Shown: in pieces, positions 37,601-52,600 of the stretch
Layout: every line of letters begins with the position of its first letter
Numbering within the stretch: the first letter of the stretch is position 1
Assembly: GCA_002189035.1 (NCBI GenBank)
Contig: NEEC01000107.1
Location: forward strand, 1 to 64,000
Direction: 5' to 3'
DNA length: 64,000 bases
Source of the DNA: Utricularia gibba
Taxonomy: Eukaryota; Plantae; Magnoliophyta
Translations under genes and position numbers: made by a program
The notes under the pieces: generated by a model
What the model saw: the letters and a program-made list of their open reading frames with translations, nothing else
The model's database searches: none
Told to the model about the DNA's origin: nothing

Positions 37601-40600
37601 GAAAGCACCCACCCAAAAACGACAAGCTTTTCCTTCAGAAAACAATGTAGGCAGCTGCCGAAACCCAACGTTAATAAATGGATCACTTTTTTTGCCGGGC
37701 TACAAATGACTATGGGCCCGAGTTCGAAGACCTCCGGCCCATCCTAGTGCCCCTCGAGAGCGCCTCCTCAAATATAAAGCTTGTGGTGAAAACCATTGGG
37801 GTGCTCATGACATCCTAACTTCAATAAATGCATCACGATTTTCGTCGAATAGGACCCGATGGCTCAGGAGTCGAACGAACCTTGGGTCCGGATCCCCAAC
37901 GAAAGCACCCACCCAAAAACGACAAGCTTTTCCTTCAGAAACATGTAGCAGCTGCCGAAACCCAACGTTAATAATGGATCACTTTTTTTGCCGGGCTACA
38001 AATGACTATGGGCCCGAGCCGACCCGACCTCCGGCCCGATCTGGTGCCCCTCGAGAGCGCCTCCTCAAATATAAAGCTTGTGGATGAAAACCATTTGGGT
38101 GCTCATGACATCCTAACTTCAATAAATGCATCACGATTTTCGTCGAATAGGACCCGATTGGGCTCAGGAGTCGAACGAACCTTGGGTCCGGATGAACTTC
38201 CCAACGAAAGCACCCACCCAAAAACGACAAGCTTTTCCTTCAGAAACAATGTAGGCAGCTGCCGAAAACCCAACGTTAATAAATGGATCACTTTTTTCCC
38301 GGGCTACAAATGACTATATGGCCCGGCCCCCCCCCGGGGCGACCTCGAGAGCGCCTCCTCAAATATAAAGCTTGTGGATGAGAAAACCATTTGGGGTGCT
38401 CATGACATCCTAACTTCAATAAATGCATCACGATTTTCGTCGAATAGGACCCGATTGGGCTCAGGAGTCGAACCGAACCTTGGGTCCGGACGAAGTTCCC
38501 AATGAAAGCACCCAACCAAAAACGACAAGCTTTTCCTTCAGAAACCATGTAAGCAGCTGCCGAAAACCCAACGTTAATAAATGGATCACTTTTTTTTGCC
38601 GGGCTACAAATGACTATGGGCCGAGCCCGACCCGACCTCCGGCCCGATCCTGGTGCCCTCGAGAGCGCCTCCTCAAATATAAAGCTTGTGGATGAGAAAA
38701 CCATTTGGGGTGCTCATGACATCCTAACTTCAATAAATGCATCACGATTTTCGTCGAATAGGACCCGATGGGCTCAGGAGTCGAACAGAACCTTGGGTCC
38801 GGATGAACTTCCCAACGAAAGCACCCACCCAAAAACGACAAGCTTTTCCTTCAGAAACATGTAGGCAGCTGCCGAAAACCCAACGTTAATAAATGGATCA
38901 CTTTTTTTGCCGGGCTACAAATGACTATGGCCCGATCGACCCGACCTCCGGCCAGATCCTGTGCCCCTCGAGAGCGCCTCCTCAAATAAAAAGTTGTGGT
39001 TGAGAAAACCATTTGGGGTGCTCATGACATCCTAACTTCAATAAATGCATCACGATTTTCGTCGAATAGGACCCGATTGGGCTCAGGAGTCGAACCGAAC
39101 CTTGGGTCCGGATGAACTTCCAACGAAAGCACCCCCCAAAAACGACAAGCTTTTCCTTCAGAAACAATGTAGGCAGCTGCCGAAAACCCAACGTTAATAA
39201 ATGGATCACTTTTTTGCCGGCTACAAATGACTATGGGCCCGACGACCCGACCTCCGGCCCGATCCTGGTGCCCCTCGAGAGCGCCTCCTCAAATAAAAAG
39301 TTGTGGTTGAGAAAACCATTTGGGTGCTCATGACATCCTAACTTCAATAAATGCATCACGATTTTCGTCGAATAGGACCCGATTGGGCTCAGGAGTCGAA
39401 CCGAACCTTGGGTCCGGACGAACTTCCCAACAAAGCACCCACCCAAAAACGACAAGCTTTTCCTTCAGAAACAATGTAAGCAGCTGCCGAAAACCCAACG
39501 TTAATAAATGGATCACTTTTTTTCCGGGCTACAAATGACTATGGGCCGAGCCCGACCCGACCTCCGGCCCGATCCTGGTGCCCCTCGAGAGCGCCTCCTC
39601 AAATATAAAAGCTTGTGGATGAGAAAACCATTTGGGTGCTCATGACATCCTAACTTCAATAAATGCATCACGATTTTCGTCGAATAGGACCCGATTGGGC
39701 TCAGGAGTCGAACCGAACCTTGGGTCCGGATGAACTTCCCAACGAAAGCACCCACCCAAAAACGACAAGCTTTTCCTTCAGAAACCATGTAGCAGCTGCC
39801 GAAAACCCAACGTTAATAAATGGATCACTTTTTTTGCCGGGCTACAAATGACTATGGGCCCGAGCCCGACCCGACCTCCGGCCCGATCCTGGTGCCCTCG
39901 AGAGCGCCTCCTCAAATATAAAGCTTGGGAGAAAACCATTTGGGGTGCTCATGACATCCTAACTTTCAATAAATGCATCACGATTTTCGTCGAATAGGAC
40001 CCGATTGGGCTCAGGAGTCGAACGAACCTTGGGTCCGGATGAACTTCCCAACGAAAGCACCCACCCAAAAACGACAAGCTTTTCCTTCAGAAACCATGTA
40101 AGCAGCTGCCGAAAACCCAACGTTAATAAATGGATCACTTTTTTTGCCGGGCTACAAATGACTATGGGCCCGAGCCCGACCCGACCTCCGGCCCGATCCT
40201 GGTGCCCCTCGAGAGCGCCTCCTCAAAATAAAGCTTGTGGATGAGAAAACCATTTGGGGTGCTCATGACATCCTAACTTCAATAAATGCATCACGATTTT
40301 CGTCGAATAGGACCCGATGGGCTCAGGAGTCGAACGAACCTTGGGTCCGGATGAACTTCCCAACGAAAGCACCCACCAAAAACGACAAGCTTTTCCTTCA
40401 GAAACAATGTAGGCAGCTGCCGAAAACCCAACGTTAATAAATGGATCACTTTTTTTCCCGGCTACAAATGACTATGGGCCCGAGCCCGACCCGACCTCCG
40501 GCCGATCCTAGTGCCCCTCGAGAGCGCCTCCTCAAATAAAAGTTGTGGTTGAGAAAACCATTTGGGGTGCTCATGACATCCTAACTTCAATAAATGCATC

Positions 40601-43600
40601 ACGATTTTCGTCGAATAGGACCCGATTGGGCTCAGGAGTCGAACCGAACCTTGGGTCCGGATGAACTTCCCAACGAAAGCACCCACCAAAAACGACAAGC
40701 TTTTCCTTCAGAAACATGTAGGCAGCTGCCGAAAACCCAACGTTAATAAATGGATCACTTTTTTTGCCGGGCTACAAATGACTATGGGCCCGATCGACCC
40801 GACCTCCGGCCCGATCCTGGTGCCCCTCGAGAGCGCCTCCTCAAATAAAAAGCTTGTGGTTGGAAAAACCATTTGGGGTGCATGACATCCTAACTTCAAT
40901 AAATGCATCACGATTTTCGTCGAATAGGACCCGATTGGCTCAGGAGTCGAACCGAACCTTGGGTCCGGAGAACTTCCCAACGAAAGCACCCACCCAAAAA
41001 CGACAAGCTTTTCCTTCAGAAAACCATGTAAGCAGCTGCCGAAAACCCAACGTTAATAAATGGATCACTTTTTTTCCCGGGCTACAAATGACTATGGGCC
41101 CGAGCCCGACCCGACCTCCGGCCCGATCCTGGTGCCCTCGAGAGCGCCTCCTCAAATATAAAGCTTGTGGATGAGAAAACCATTTGGGGTGCTCATGACA
41201 TCCTAACTTCAATAAATGCATCACGATTTTCGTCGAATAGGACCCGATTGGCTCAGGAGTCGAACCGAACCTTGGGTCCGGATGAACTTCCCAACGAAAG
41301 CACCCACCCAAAAACGACAAGCTTTTCCTTCAGAAACCATGTAGGCAGCTGCCGAAAACCCAACGTTAATAAATGGATCACTTTTTTTGCCGGGCTACAA
41401 ATGACTATGGGCCCGAGCCCGACCCGACCTCCGGCCCGATCCTGGTGCCCCTCGAGAGCGCCTCCTCAAATATAAAGCTTGTGGATGAGAAAACCATTTG
41501 GGGTGCTCATGACATCCTAACTTCAATAAATGCATCACGATTTTCGTCGAATAGGACCCGATGGGCTCAGGAGTCGAACGAACCTTGGGTCCGGATGAAC
41601 TTCCCAACGAAAGCACCCACCCAAAAACGACAAGCTTTTCCTTCAGAAACATGTAGGCAGCTGCCGAAAACCCAACGTTAATAAATGGATCACTTTTTTT
41701 GCCGGGCTACAAATGACTATGGGCCCGATCGACCGACCTCCGGCCCGATCCTGGTGCCCCTCGAGAGCGCCTCCTCAAATAAAAAGCTTGTGGATGAGAA
41801 AACCATTTGGGGTGCTCATGACATCCTAACTTCAATAAATGCATCACGATTTTCGTCGAATAGGACCCGATTGGGCCAGGAGTCGAACCGAACCTTGGGT
41901 CCGGATGAACTTCCCAACGAAAGCACCCACCCAAAAACGACAAGCTTTTCCTTCAGAAACAATGTAGGCAGCTGCCGAAAACCCAACGTTAATAAATGGA
42001 TCACTTTTTTTGCCGGGCTACAAATGACTATGGGCCCGAGCCCGACCCGACCTCCGGCCCGATCCTGGTGCCCCTCGAGAGCGCCTCCTCAAATATAAAG
42101 CTTGTGGATGAGAAAACCATTTGGGGTGCTCATGACATCCTAACTTCAATAAATGCATCACGATTTTCGTCGAATAGGACCCGATTGGGCTCAGGAGTCG
42201 AACGAACCTTGGGTCCGGACGAAGTTCCCAACGAAAGCACCCAACCAAAAACGACAAGCTTTTCCTTCAGAAACCATGTAGGCAGCTGCCGAAAACCCAA
42301 CGTTAATAAATGGATCACTTTTTTTCCCGGGCTACAAATGACTATGGGCCCGAGCCCGACCCGACCTCCGGCCCGATCCTGGTGCCCCTCGAGAGCGCCT
42401 CCTCAAATAAAGCTTGTGGATGAGAAAACCATTTGGGGTGCTCATGACATCCTAACTTCAATAAATGCATCACGATTTTCGTCGAATAGGACCCGATTGG
42501 GCTCAGGAGTCGAACCGAACCTTGGGTCCGGATGAACTTCCCAACGAAAGCACCCACCCAAAAACGACAAGCTTTTCCTTCAGAAACAATGTAGGCAGCT
42601 GCCGAAAACCCAACGTTAATAAATGGATCACTTTTTTTGCCGGGCTACAAATGACTATGGGCCCGACGACCCGACCTCCGGCCGATCCTAGTGCCCCTCG
42701 AGAGCGCCTCCTCAAAACCATTGGGGTGCTCATGACATCCTAACTTCAATAAATGCATCACGATTTTCGTCGAATAGGACCCGATTGGGCTCAGGAGTCG
42801 AACCGAACCTTGGGTCCGGATGAACTTCCCAACGAAAGCACCCACCCAAAAACGACAAGCTTTTCCTTCAGAAACCATGTAGGCAGCTGCCGAAAACCCA
42901 ACGTTAATAAATGGATCACTTTTTTGCCGGGCTACAAATGACTATGGGCCCGACGACCCGACCTCCGGCCCGATCCTGGTGCCCCTCGAGAGCGCCTCCT
43001 CAAATAAAAAGCTTGTGGATGAGAAAACCATTTGGGGTGCTCATGACATCCTAACTTCAATAAATGCATCACGATTTTCGTCGAATAGGACCCGATTGGC
43101 TCAGGAGTCGAACCGAACCTTGGGTCCGGACGAACTTCCCAACGAAAGCACCCACCCAAAAACGACAAGCTTTTCCTTCAGAAACATGTAAGCAGCTGCC
43201 GAAAACCCAACGTTAATAAATGGATCACTTTTTTTGCCGGGCTACAAATGACTATGGGCCCGAGCCCGACCCGACCTCCGGCCCGATCCTGGTGCCCTCG
43301 AGAGCGCCTCCTCAAATATAAAGCTTGTGGATGAGAAAACCATTTGGGGTGCTCATGACATCCTAACTTCAATAAATGCATCACGATTTTCGTCGAATAG
43401 GACCCGATTGGGCTCAGGAGTCGAACCGAACCTTGGTCCGGATGAACTTCCCAACGAAAGCACCCACCAAAACGACAAGCTTTTCCTTCAGAAACAATGT
43501 AGGCAGCTGCCGAAAACCCAACGTTAATAAATGGATCACTTTTTTTGCCGGGCTACAAATGACTATGGGCCCGAGCCCGACCCGACCTCCGGCCCGATCC

Positions 43601-46600
43601 TGGTGCCCCTCGAGAGCGCTCCTCAAATATAAAGCTTGTGGATGAGAAAACCATTTGGGTGCTCATGACATCCTAACTTCAATAAATGCATCACGATTTT
43701 CGTCGAATAGGACCCGATTGGGCTCAGGAGTCGAACCGAACCTTGGGTCCGGATGAACTTCCCAACGAAAGCACCCACCAAAAACGACAAGCTTTTCCTT
43801 CAGAAACAATGTAGGCAGCTGCCGAAAACCCAACGTTAATAAATGGATCACTTTTTTTTTGGGCTACAAATGACTATGGGCCCGAGCCCGACCCGACCTC
43901 CGGCCGATCCTGGTGCCCCTCGAGAGCGCCTCCTCAAATATAAAGCTTGTGGATGAGAAAACCATTTGGGGTGCTCATGACATCCTAACTTCAATAAATG
44001 CATCACGATTTTCGTCGAATAGGACCCGATGGGCTCAGGAGTCGAACGAACCTTGGGTCCGGATGAACTTCCCAACGAAAGCACCACCCAAAACGACAAG
44101 CTTTTCCTTCAGAAACAATGTAGGCAGCTGCCGAAAACCCAACGTTAATAAATGGATCACTTTTTTTGCCGGGCTACAAATGACTATGGGCCCGACGGAC
44201 CTCCGGCCCGATCCTGCCCCTCGAGAGCGCCTCCTCAAATAAAAGTTGTGGTTGAGAAAACCATTTGGGGTGCTCATGACATCCTAACTTCAATAAATGC
44301 ATCACGATTTTCGTCGAATAGGACCCGATTGGGCTCAGGAGTCGAACCGAACCTTGGGTCCGGATGAACTTCCCAACGAAAGCACCCACCCAAAAACGAC
44401 AAGCTTTTCCTTCAGAAACATGTAGGCAGCTGCCGAAAACCAACGTTAATAAATGGATCACTTTTTTTGCCGGGCTACAAATGACTATGGGCCGAGCCCG
44501 ACCGACCTCCGGCCCGATCCTGGTGCCCCTCGAGAGCGCCTCCTCAAATATAAAGCTTGTGGATGAGAAAACCATTTGGGGTGCTCATGACATCCTAACT
44601 TCAATAAATGCATCACGATTTTCGTCGAATAGGACCGATTGGGCTCAGGAGTCGAACCGAACCTTGGGTCCGGACGAACTTCCCAACGAAAGCACCCAAC
44701 CAAAAACGACAAGCTTTTCCTTCAGAAACCATGTAGCAGCTGCCGAAAACCCAACGTTAATAAATGGATCACTTTTTTTTCCCGGGCTACAAATGACTAT
44801 GGGCCCGAGCCGACCCGACCTCCGGCCCGATCCTGGTGCCCCTCGAGAGCGCCTCCTCAAATATAAAGCTTGTGGATGAGAAAACCATTTGGGGTGCTCA
44901 TGACATCCTAACTTCAATAAATGCATCACGATTTTCGTCGAATAGGACCCGATGGGCTCAGGAGTCGAACGAACCTTGGGTCCGGATGAACTTCCCAACG
45001 AAAGCACCCACCCAAAAACGACAAGCTTTTCCTTCAGAAACATGTAGGCAGCTGCCGAAAACCCAACGTTAATAAATGGATCACTTTTTTTGCCGGGCTA
45101 CAAATGACTATGGGCCCGATCGACCGACCTCCGGCCGATCCTAGTGCCCCTCGAGAGCGCCTCCTCAAATAAAAAGTGTGGTTGAGAAAACCATTTGGGG
45201 TGCTCATGACATCCTAACTTCAATAAATGCATCACGATTTTCGTCGAATAGGACCCGATTGGGCTCAGGAGTCGAACCGAACCTTGGGTCCGGATGAACT
45301 TCCCAACGAAAGCACCCACCAAAAACGACAAGCTTTTCCTTCAGAAACAATGTAGGCAGCTGCCGAAAACCCAACGTTAATAAATGGATCACTTTTTTTG
45401 CCGGGCTACAAATGACTATGGGCCCGAGCCCGACCCGACCTCCGGCCCGATCCTGGTGCCCCTCGAGAGCGCCTCCTCAAATATAAAGCTTGTGGATGAG
45501 AAAACCATTTGGGGTGCTCATGACATCCTAACTTCAATAAATGCATCACGATTTTCGTCGAATAGGACCCGATTGGGCTCAGGAGTCGAACCGAACCTTG
45601 GGTCCGGACGAACTTCCCAACGAAAGCACCCAACCAAAAACGACAAGCTTTTCCTTCAGAAACCATGTAAGCAGCTGCCAAAACCCAACGTTAATAAATG
45701 GATCACTTTTTTTCCCGGGCTACAAATGACTATGGGCCCGAGCCCGACCCGACCTCCGGCCGATCCTGGTGCCCTCGAGAGCGCCTCCTCAAATAAAGCT
45801 TGTGGATGAGAAAACCATTTGGGGTGCTCATGACATCCTAACTTCAATAAATGCATCACGATTTTCGTCGAATAGGACCCGATTGGGCTCAGGAGTCGAA
45901 CCGAACCTTGGGTCCGGATGAACTTCCCAACGAAAGCACCCACCCAAAAACGACAAGCTTTTCCTTCAGAAACCAATGTAGGCAGCTGCCGAAAACCCAA
46001 CGTTAATAAATGGATCACTTTTTTTGCCGGGCTACAAATGACTATGGGCCCGAGCCCGACCGACCTCCGGCCCGATCCTGGTGCCCCTCGAGAGCGCCTC
46101 CTCAAATATAAAGCTTGTGGATGAGAAAACCATTTGGGGTGCTCATGACATCCTAACTTCAATAAATGCATCACGATTTTCGTCGAATAGGACCCGATTG
46201 GGCTCAGGAGTCGAACCGAACCTTGGGTCCGGATGAACTTCCCAACGAAAGCACCCACCCAAAAACGACAAGCTTTTCCTTCAGAAACCATGTAGGCAGC
46301 TGCCGAAAACCCAACGTTAATAAATGGATCACTTTTTTTGCCGGGCTACAAATGACTATGGGCCCGAGCCCGACGACCTCCGGCCCGATCCTGGTGCCCC
46401 TCGAGAGCGCCTCCTCAAATATAAAGCTTGTGGATGAGAAAACCATTTGGGGTGCTCATGACATCCTAACTTCAATAAATGCATCACGATTTTCGTCGAA
46501 TAGGACCCGATTGGCTCAGGAGTCGAACCGAACCTTGGGTCCGGATGAACTTTCCAACGAAAGCACCCACCAAAAACGACAAGCTTTTCCTTCAGAAACA

Positions 46601-49600
46601 TGTAGGCAGCTGCCGAAAACCCAACGTTAATAAATGGATCACTTTTTTTGCCGGGCTACAATGACTATGGGCCCGAGCCCGACCCGACCTCCGGCCGATC
46701 CTGGTGCCCCTCGAGAGCGCCTCCTCAAATAAAGCTTGTGGATGAGAAAACCATTTGGGGTGCTCATGACATCCTAACTTCAATAAATGCATCACGATTT
46801 TCGTCGAATAGGACCGATTGGGCTCAGGAGTCGAACCGAACCTTGGGTCCGGATGAACTTCCCAACGAAAGCACCCAACCAAAACGACAAGCTTTTCCTT
46901 CAGAAACCATGTAGGCAGCTGCCGAAAACCCAACGTTAATAAATGGATCACTTTTTTTCCCGGGCTACAAATGACTATGGGCCCGAGCCCGACCCGACCT
47001 CCGGCCCGATCCTGGTGCCCCTCGAGAGCGCCTCCTCAAATATAAAGCTTGTGGATGAGAAAACCATTTGGGGTGCTCATGACATCCTAACTTCAATAAA
47101 TGCATCACGATTTTCGTCGAATAGGACCCGATTGGGCTCAGGAGTCGAACCGAACCTTGGGTCCGGATGAACTTCCCAACGAAAGCACCCACCCAAAAAC
47201 GACAAGCTTTTCCTTCAGAAACATGTAGGCAGCTGCCGAAAACCCAACGTTAATAAATGGATCACTTTTTTTGCCGGGCTACAAATGACTATGGGCCCGA
47301 GCCCGACCCGACCTCCGGCCCGATCCTGGTGCCCCTCGAGAGCGCCTCCTCAAATATAAAGCTTGTGGATGAGAAAACCATTTGGGGTGCTCATGACATC
47401 CTAACTTCAATAAATGCATCACGATTTTCGTCGAATAGGACCCGATTGGGCTCAGGAGTCGAACGAACCTTGGGTCCGGATGAACTTCCCAACGAAAGCA
47501 CCCCCAAAAACGACAAGCTTTTCCTTCAGAAACATGTAGCAGCTGCCGAAAACCCAACGTTAATAAATGGATCACTTTTTTTCCGGGCTACAAATGACTA
47601 TGGGCCCGACGACCCGACCTCCGGCCGATCCTGGTGCCCCTCGAGAGCGCCTCCTCAAATATAAAGCTTGTGGATGAGAAAACCATTTGGGGTGCATGAC
47701 ATCCTAACTTCAATAAATGCATCACGATTTTCGTCGAATAGGACCCGATTGGCTCAGGAGTCGAACCGAACCTTGGGTCCGGATGAACTTCCCAACGAAA
47801 GCACCCACCCAAAAACGACAAGCTTTTCCTTCAGAAACCATGTAGGCAGCTGCCGAAAACCCAACGTTAATAAATGGATCACTTTTTTTCCCGGGCTACA
47901 AATGACTATGGGCCCGAGCCCGACCCGACCTCCGGCCCGATCCTGGTGCCCCTCGAGAGCGCCTCCTCAAATATAAAGCTTGTGGATGAGAAAACCATTT
48001 GGGGTGCTCATGACATCCTAACTTCAATAAATGCATCACGATTTTCGTCGAATAGGACCCGATTGGGCTCAGGAGTCGAACCGAACCTTGGGTCCGGACG
48101 AACTTCCCAACGAAAGCACCCAACCAAAAACGACAAGCTTTTCCTTCAGAAACCATGTAAGCAGCTGCCGAAAACCCAACGTTAATAAATGGATCACTTT
48201 TTTTCCCGGGCTACAAATGACTATGGGCCCGAGCCCGACCCGACCTCCGGCCCGATCCTGGTGCCCTCGAGAGCGCCTCCTCAAATAAAGCTTGTGGATG
48301 AGAAAACCATTTGGGTGCTCATGACATCCTAACTTCAATAAATGCATCACGATTTTCGTCGAATAGGACCCGATTGGGCTCAGGAGTCGAACGAACCTTG
48401 GGTCCGGATGAACTTCCCAACGAAAGCACCCACCCAAAAACGACAAGCTTTTCCTTCAGAAACATGTAGGCAGCTGCCGAAAACCCAACGTTAATAAATG
48501 GATCACTTTTTTTGCCGGGCTACAAATGACTATGGGCCCGAGCCCGACCGACCTCCGGCCCGATCCTAGTGCCCCTCGAGAGCGCCTCCTCAAATAAAAA
48601 GCTTGTGGTTGGAAAACCATTTGGGGTGCTCATGACATCCTAACTTCAATAAATGCATCACGATTTTCGTCGAATAGGACCCGATTGGGCTCAGGAGTCG
48701 AACCGAACCTTGGGTCCGGATGAACTTCCCAACGAAAGCACCCACCAAAAACGACAAGCTTTTCCTTCAGAAACCATGTAGGCAGCTGCCGAAAACCCAA
48801 CGTTAATAAATGGATCACTTTTTTTCCGGGCTACAAATGACTATGGCCCGAGCCCGACCCGACCTCCGGCCCGATCCTGGTGCCCCTCGAGAGCGCCTCC
48901 TCAAATATAAAGCTTGTGGATGAGAAAACCATTTGGGGTGCTCATGACATCCTAACTTCAATAAATGCATCACGATTTTCGTCGAATAGGACCCGATTGG
49001 GCTCAGGAGTCGAACCGAACCTTGGGTCCGGACGAACTTCCAATGAAAGCACCCAACCAAAAACGACAAGCTTTTCCTTCAGAAACCATGTAAGCAGCTG
49101 CCGAAAACCCAACGTTAATAAATGGATCACTTTTTTCCCGGGCTACAAATGACTATGGGCCCGAGCCCGACCCGACCTCCGGCCCGATCCTGGTGCCCCT
49201 CGAGAGCGCCTCCTCAAATATAAAGCTTGTGGATGAGAAAACCATTTGGGGTGCTCATGACATCCTAACTTCAATAAATGCATCACGATTTTCGTCGAAT
49301 AGGACCCGATTGGGCTCAGGAGTCGAACGAACCTTGGGTCCGGATGAACTTCCCAACGAAAGCACCCACCCAAAAACGACAAGCTTTTCCTTCAGAAAAC
49401 ATGTAGGCAGCTGCCGAAAACCCAACGTTAATAAATGGATCACTTTTTTTGCCGGGCTACAAATGACTATGGGCCCGACGACCGACCTCCGGCCGATCCT
49501 AGTGCCCCTCGAGAGCGCCTCCTCAAATAAAAAGTTGTGGTTGAGAAAACCATTTGGGGTGCTCATGACATCCTAACTTCAATAAATGCATCACGATTTT

Positions 49601-52600
49601 CGTCGAATAGGACCCGATTGGGCTCAGGAGTCGAACGAACCTTGGGTCCGGATGAACTTCCCAACGAAAGCACCCACCCAAAAACGACAAGCTTTTCCTT
49701 CAGAAACATGTAGGCAGCTGCCGAAAAACCAACGTTAATAAATGGATCACTTTTTTTCCCGGGCTACAAATGACTATGGGCCCGAGCCCGACCCGACCTC
49801 CGGCCCGATCCTGGTGCCCCTCGAGAGCGCCTCCTCAAATATAAAGCTTGTGGATGAGAAAACCATTTGGGGTGCTCATGACATCCTAACTTCAATAAAT
49901 GCATCACGATTTTCGTCGAATAGGACCCGATTGGGCTAGGAGTCGAACGAACCTTGGGTCCGGATGAACTTCCCAACGAAAGCACCCACCAAAAACGACA
50001 AGCTTTTCCTTCAGAAAACATGTAGGCAGCTGCCGAAAACCCAACGTTAATAAATGGATCACTTTTTTTGCCGGGCTACAAATGACTATGGGCCCGACGA
50101 CCCGACCTCCGGCCGATCCTAGTGCCCCTCGAGAGCGCCTCCTCAAATAAAAAGTTGTGGATGAAAACCATTTGGGGTGCTCATGACATCCTAACTTCAA
50201 TAAATGCATCACGATTTTCGTCGAATAGGACCCGATTGGGCTCAGGAGTCGAACCGAACCTTGGGTCCGGATGAACTTCCAACGAAAGCACCCACCAAAA
50301 ACGACAAGCTTTTCCTTCAGAAACAATGTAGGCAGCTGCCGAAAACCCAACGTTAATAAATGGATCACTTTTTTTCCCGGGCTACAAATGACTATGGGCC
50401 CGAGCCCGACCCGACCTCCGGCCCGATCCTGGTGCCCCTCGAGAGCGCCTCCTCAAATATAAAGCTTGTGGATGAGAAAACCATTTGGGGTGCTCATGAC
50501 ATCCTAACTTCAATAAATGCATCACGATTTTCGTCGAATAGGACCCGATTGGGCTCAGGAGTCGAACCGAACCTTGGGTCCGGATGAACTTCCCAACGAA
50601 AGCACCCACCCAAAAACGACAAGCTTTTCCTTCAGAAACATGTAGGCAGCTGCCGAAAACCCAACGTTAATAAATGGATCACTTTTTTGCCGGGCTACAA
50701 ATGACTATGGGCCCGACCGACCGACCTCCGGCCGATCCTAGTGCCCCTCGAGAGCGCCTCCTCAAATAAAAAGCTTGTGGATGAGAAAACCATTTGGGGT
50801 GCTCATGACATCCTAACTTCAATAAATGCATCACGATTTTCGTCGAATAGGACCCGATTGGGCTCAGGAGTCGAACCGAACCTTGGGTCCGGATGAACTT
50901 CCCAACGAAAGCACCCACCCAAAAACGACAAGCTTTTCCTTCAGAAACATGTAGGCAGCTGCCGAAAACCCAACGTTAATAAATGGATCACTTTTTTTGC
51001 CGGGCTACAAATGACTATGGGCCCGAGCCCGACCCGACCTCCGGCCCGATCCTGGTGCCCCTCGAGAGCGCCTCCTCAAATATAAAGCTTGTGGATGAGA
51101 AAACCATTTGGGGTGCTCATGACATCCTAACTTCAATAAATGCATCACGATTTTCGTCGAATAGGACCCGATTGGGCTCAGGAGTCGAACCGAACCTTGG
51201 GTCCGGACGAACCAATGAAAGCACCCAACCAAAAACGACAAGCTTTTCCTTCAGAAACCATGTAGGCAGCTGCCGAAAACCCAACGTTAATAAATGGATC
51301 ACTTTTTTTCCCGGGCTACAAATGACTATGGGCCCGAGCCCGACCCGACCTCCGGCCCGATCCTGGTGCCCCTCGAGAGCGCCTCCTCAAATATAAAGCT
51401 TGTGGATGAGAAAACCATTTGGGGTGCTCATGACATCCTAACTTCAATAAATGCATCACGATTTTCGTCGAATAGGACCCGATTGGGCTCAGGAGTCGAA
51501 CCGAACCTTGGGTCCGGATGAACTTCCCAACGAAAGCACCCACCCAAAAACGACAAGCTTTTCCTTCAGAAACATGTAGGCAGCTGCCGAAAACCCAACG
51601 TTAATAAATGGATCACTTTTTTTGCCGGGCTACAAATGACTATGGGCCCGACGACCGACCTCCGGCCGATCCTGGTGCCCTCGAGAGCGCCTCCTCAATA
51701 AAAAGTTGTGGTTGAGAAAACCATTTGGGGTGCTCATGACATCCTAACTTCAATAAATGCATCACGATTTTCGTCGAATAGGACCCGATTGGGCTCAGGA
51801 GTCGAACGAACCTTGGGTCCGGATGAACTTCCCAACGAAAGCACCCCCCAAAAACGACAAGCTTTTCCTTCAGAAACATGTAGGCAGCTGCCGAAAACCC
51901 AACGTTAATAAATGGATCACTTTTTTTTCCCGGGCTACAAATGACTATGGGCCCGAGCCCGACCGACCTCCGGCCCGATCCTGGTGCCCCTCGAGAGCGC
52001 CTCCTCAAATATAAAGCTTGTGGATGAGAAAACCATTTGGGGTGCTCATGACATCCTAACTTCAATAAATGCATCACGATTTTCGTCGAATAGGACCCGA
52101 TTGGGCTCAGGAGTCGAACGAACCTTGGGTCCGGATGAACTTCCCAACGAAAGCACCCACCAAAAACGACAAGCTTTTCCTTCAGAAACAATGTAGCAGC
52201 TGCCGAAAACCCAACGTTAATAAATGGATCACTTTTTTTGCCGGGCTACAAATGACTATGGGCCCGACGACCGACCTCCGGCCCGATCCTAGTGCCCCTC
52301 GAGAGCGCCTCCTCAAATAAAAGTTGTGGTTGAAAAACCATTTGGGTGCTCATGACATCCTAACTTCAATAAATGCATCACGATTTTCGTCGAATAGGAC
52401 CCGATTGGGCTCAGGAGTCGAACCGAACCTTGGGTCCGGATGAACTTCCAACGAAAGCACCCACCCAAAAACGACAAGCTTTTCCTTCAGAAACATGTAG
52501 GCAGCTGCCGAAAACCCAACGTTAATAAATGGATCACTTTTTTTCCCGGGCTACAAATGACTATGGGCCCGAGCCCGACCCGACCTCCGGCCCGATCCTG

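Noticed and set aside
38311-38350. GC-rich gcccggcccccccccggggc segment as a G-quadruplex/i-motif or distinct element
   Set aside because: It occurs once, replaces the normally C-rich gagcccgacccgacctccggcccg segment, and is most simply a garbled base call.
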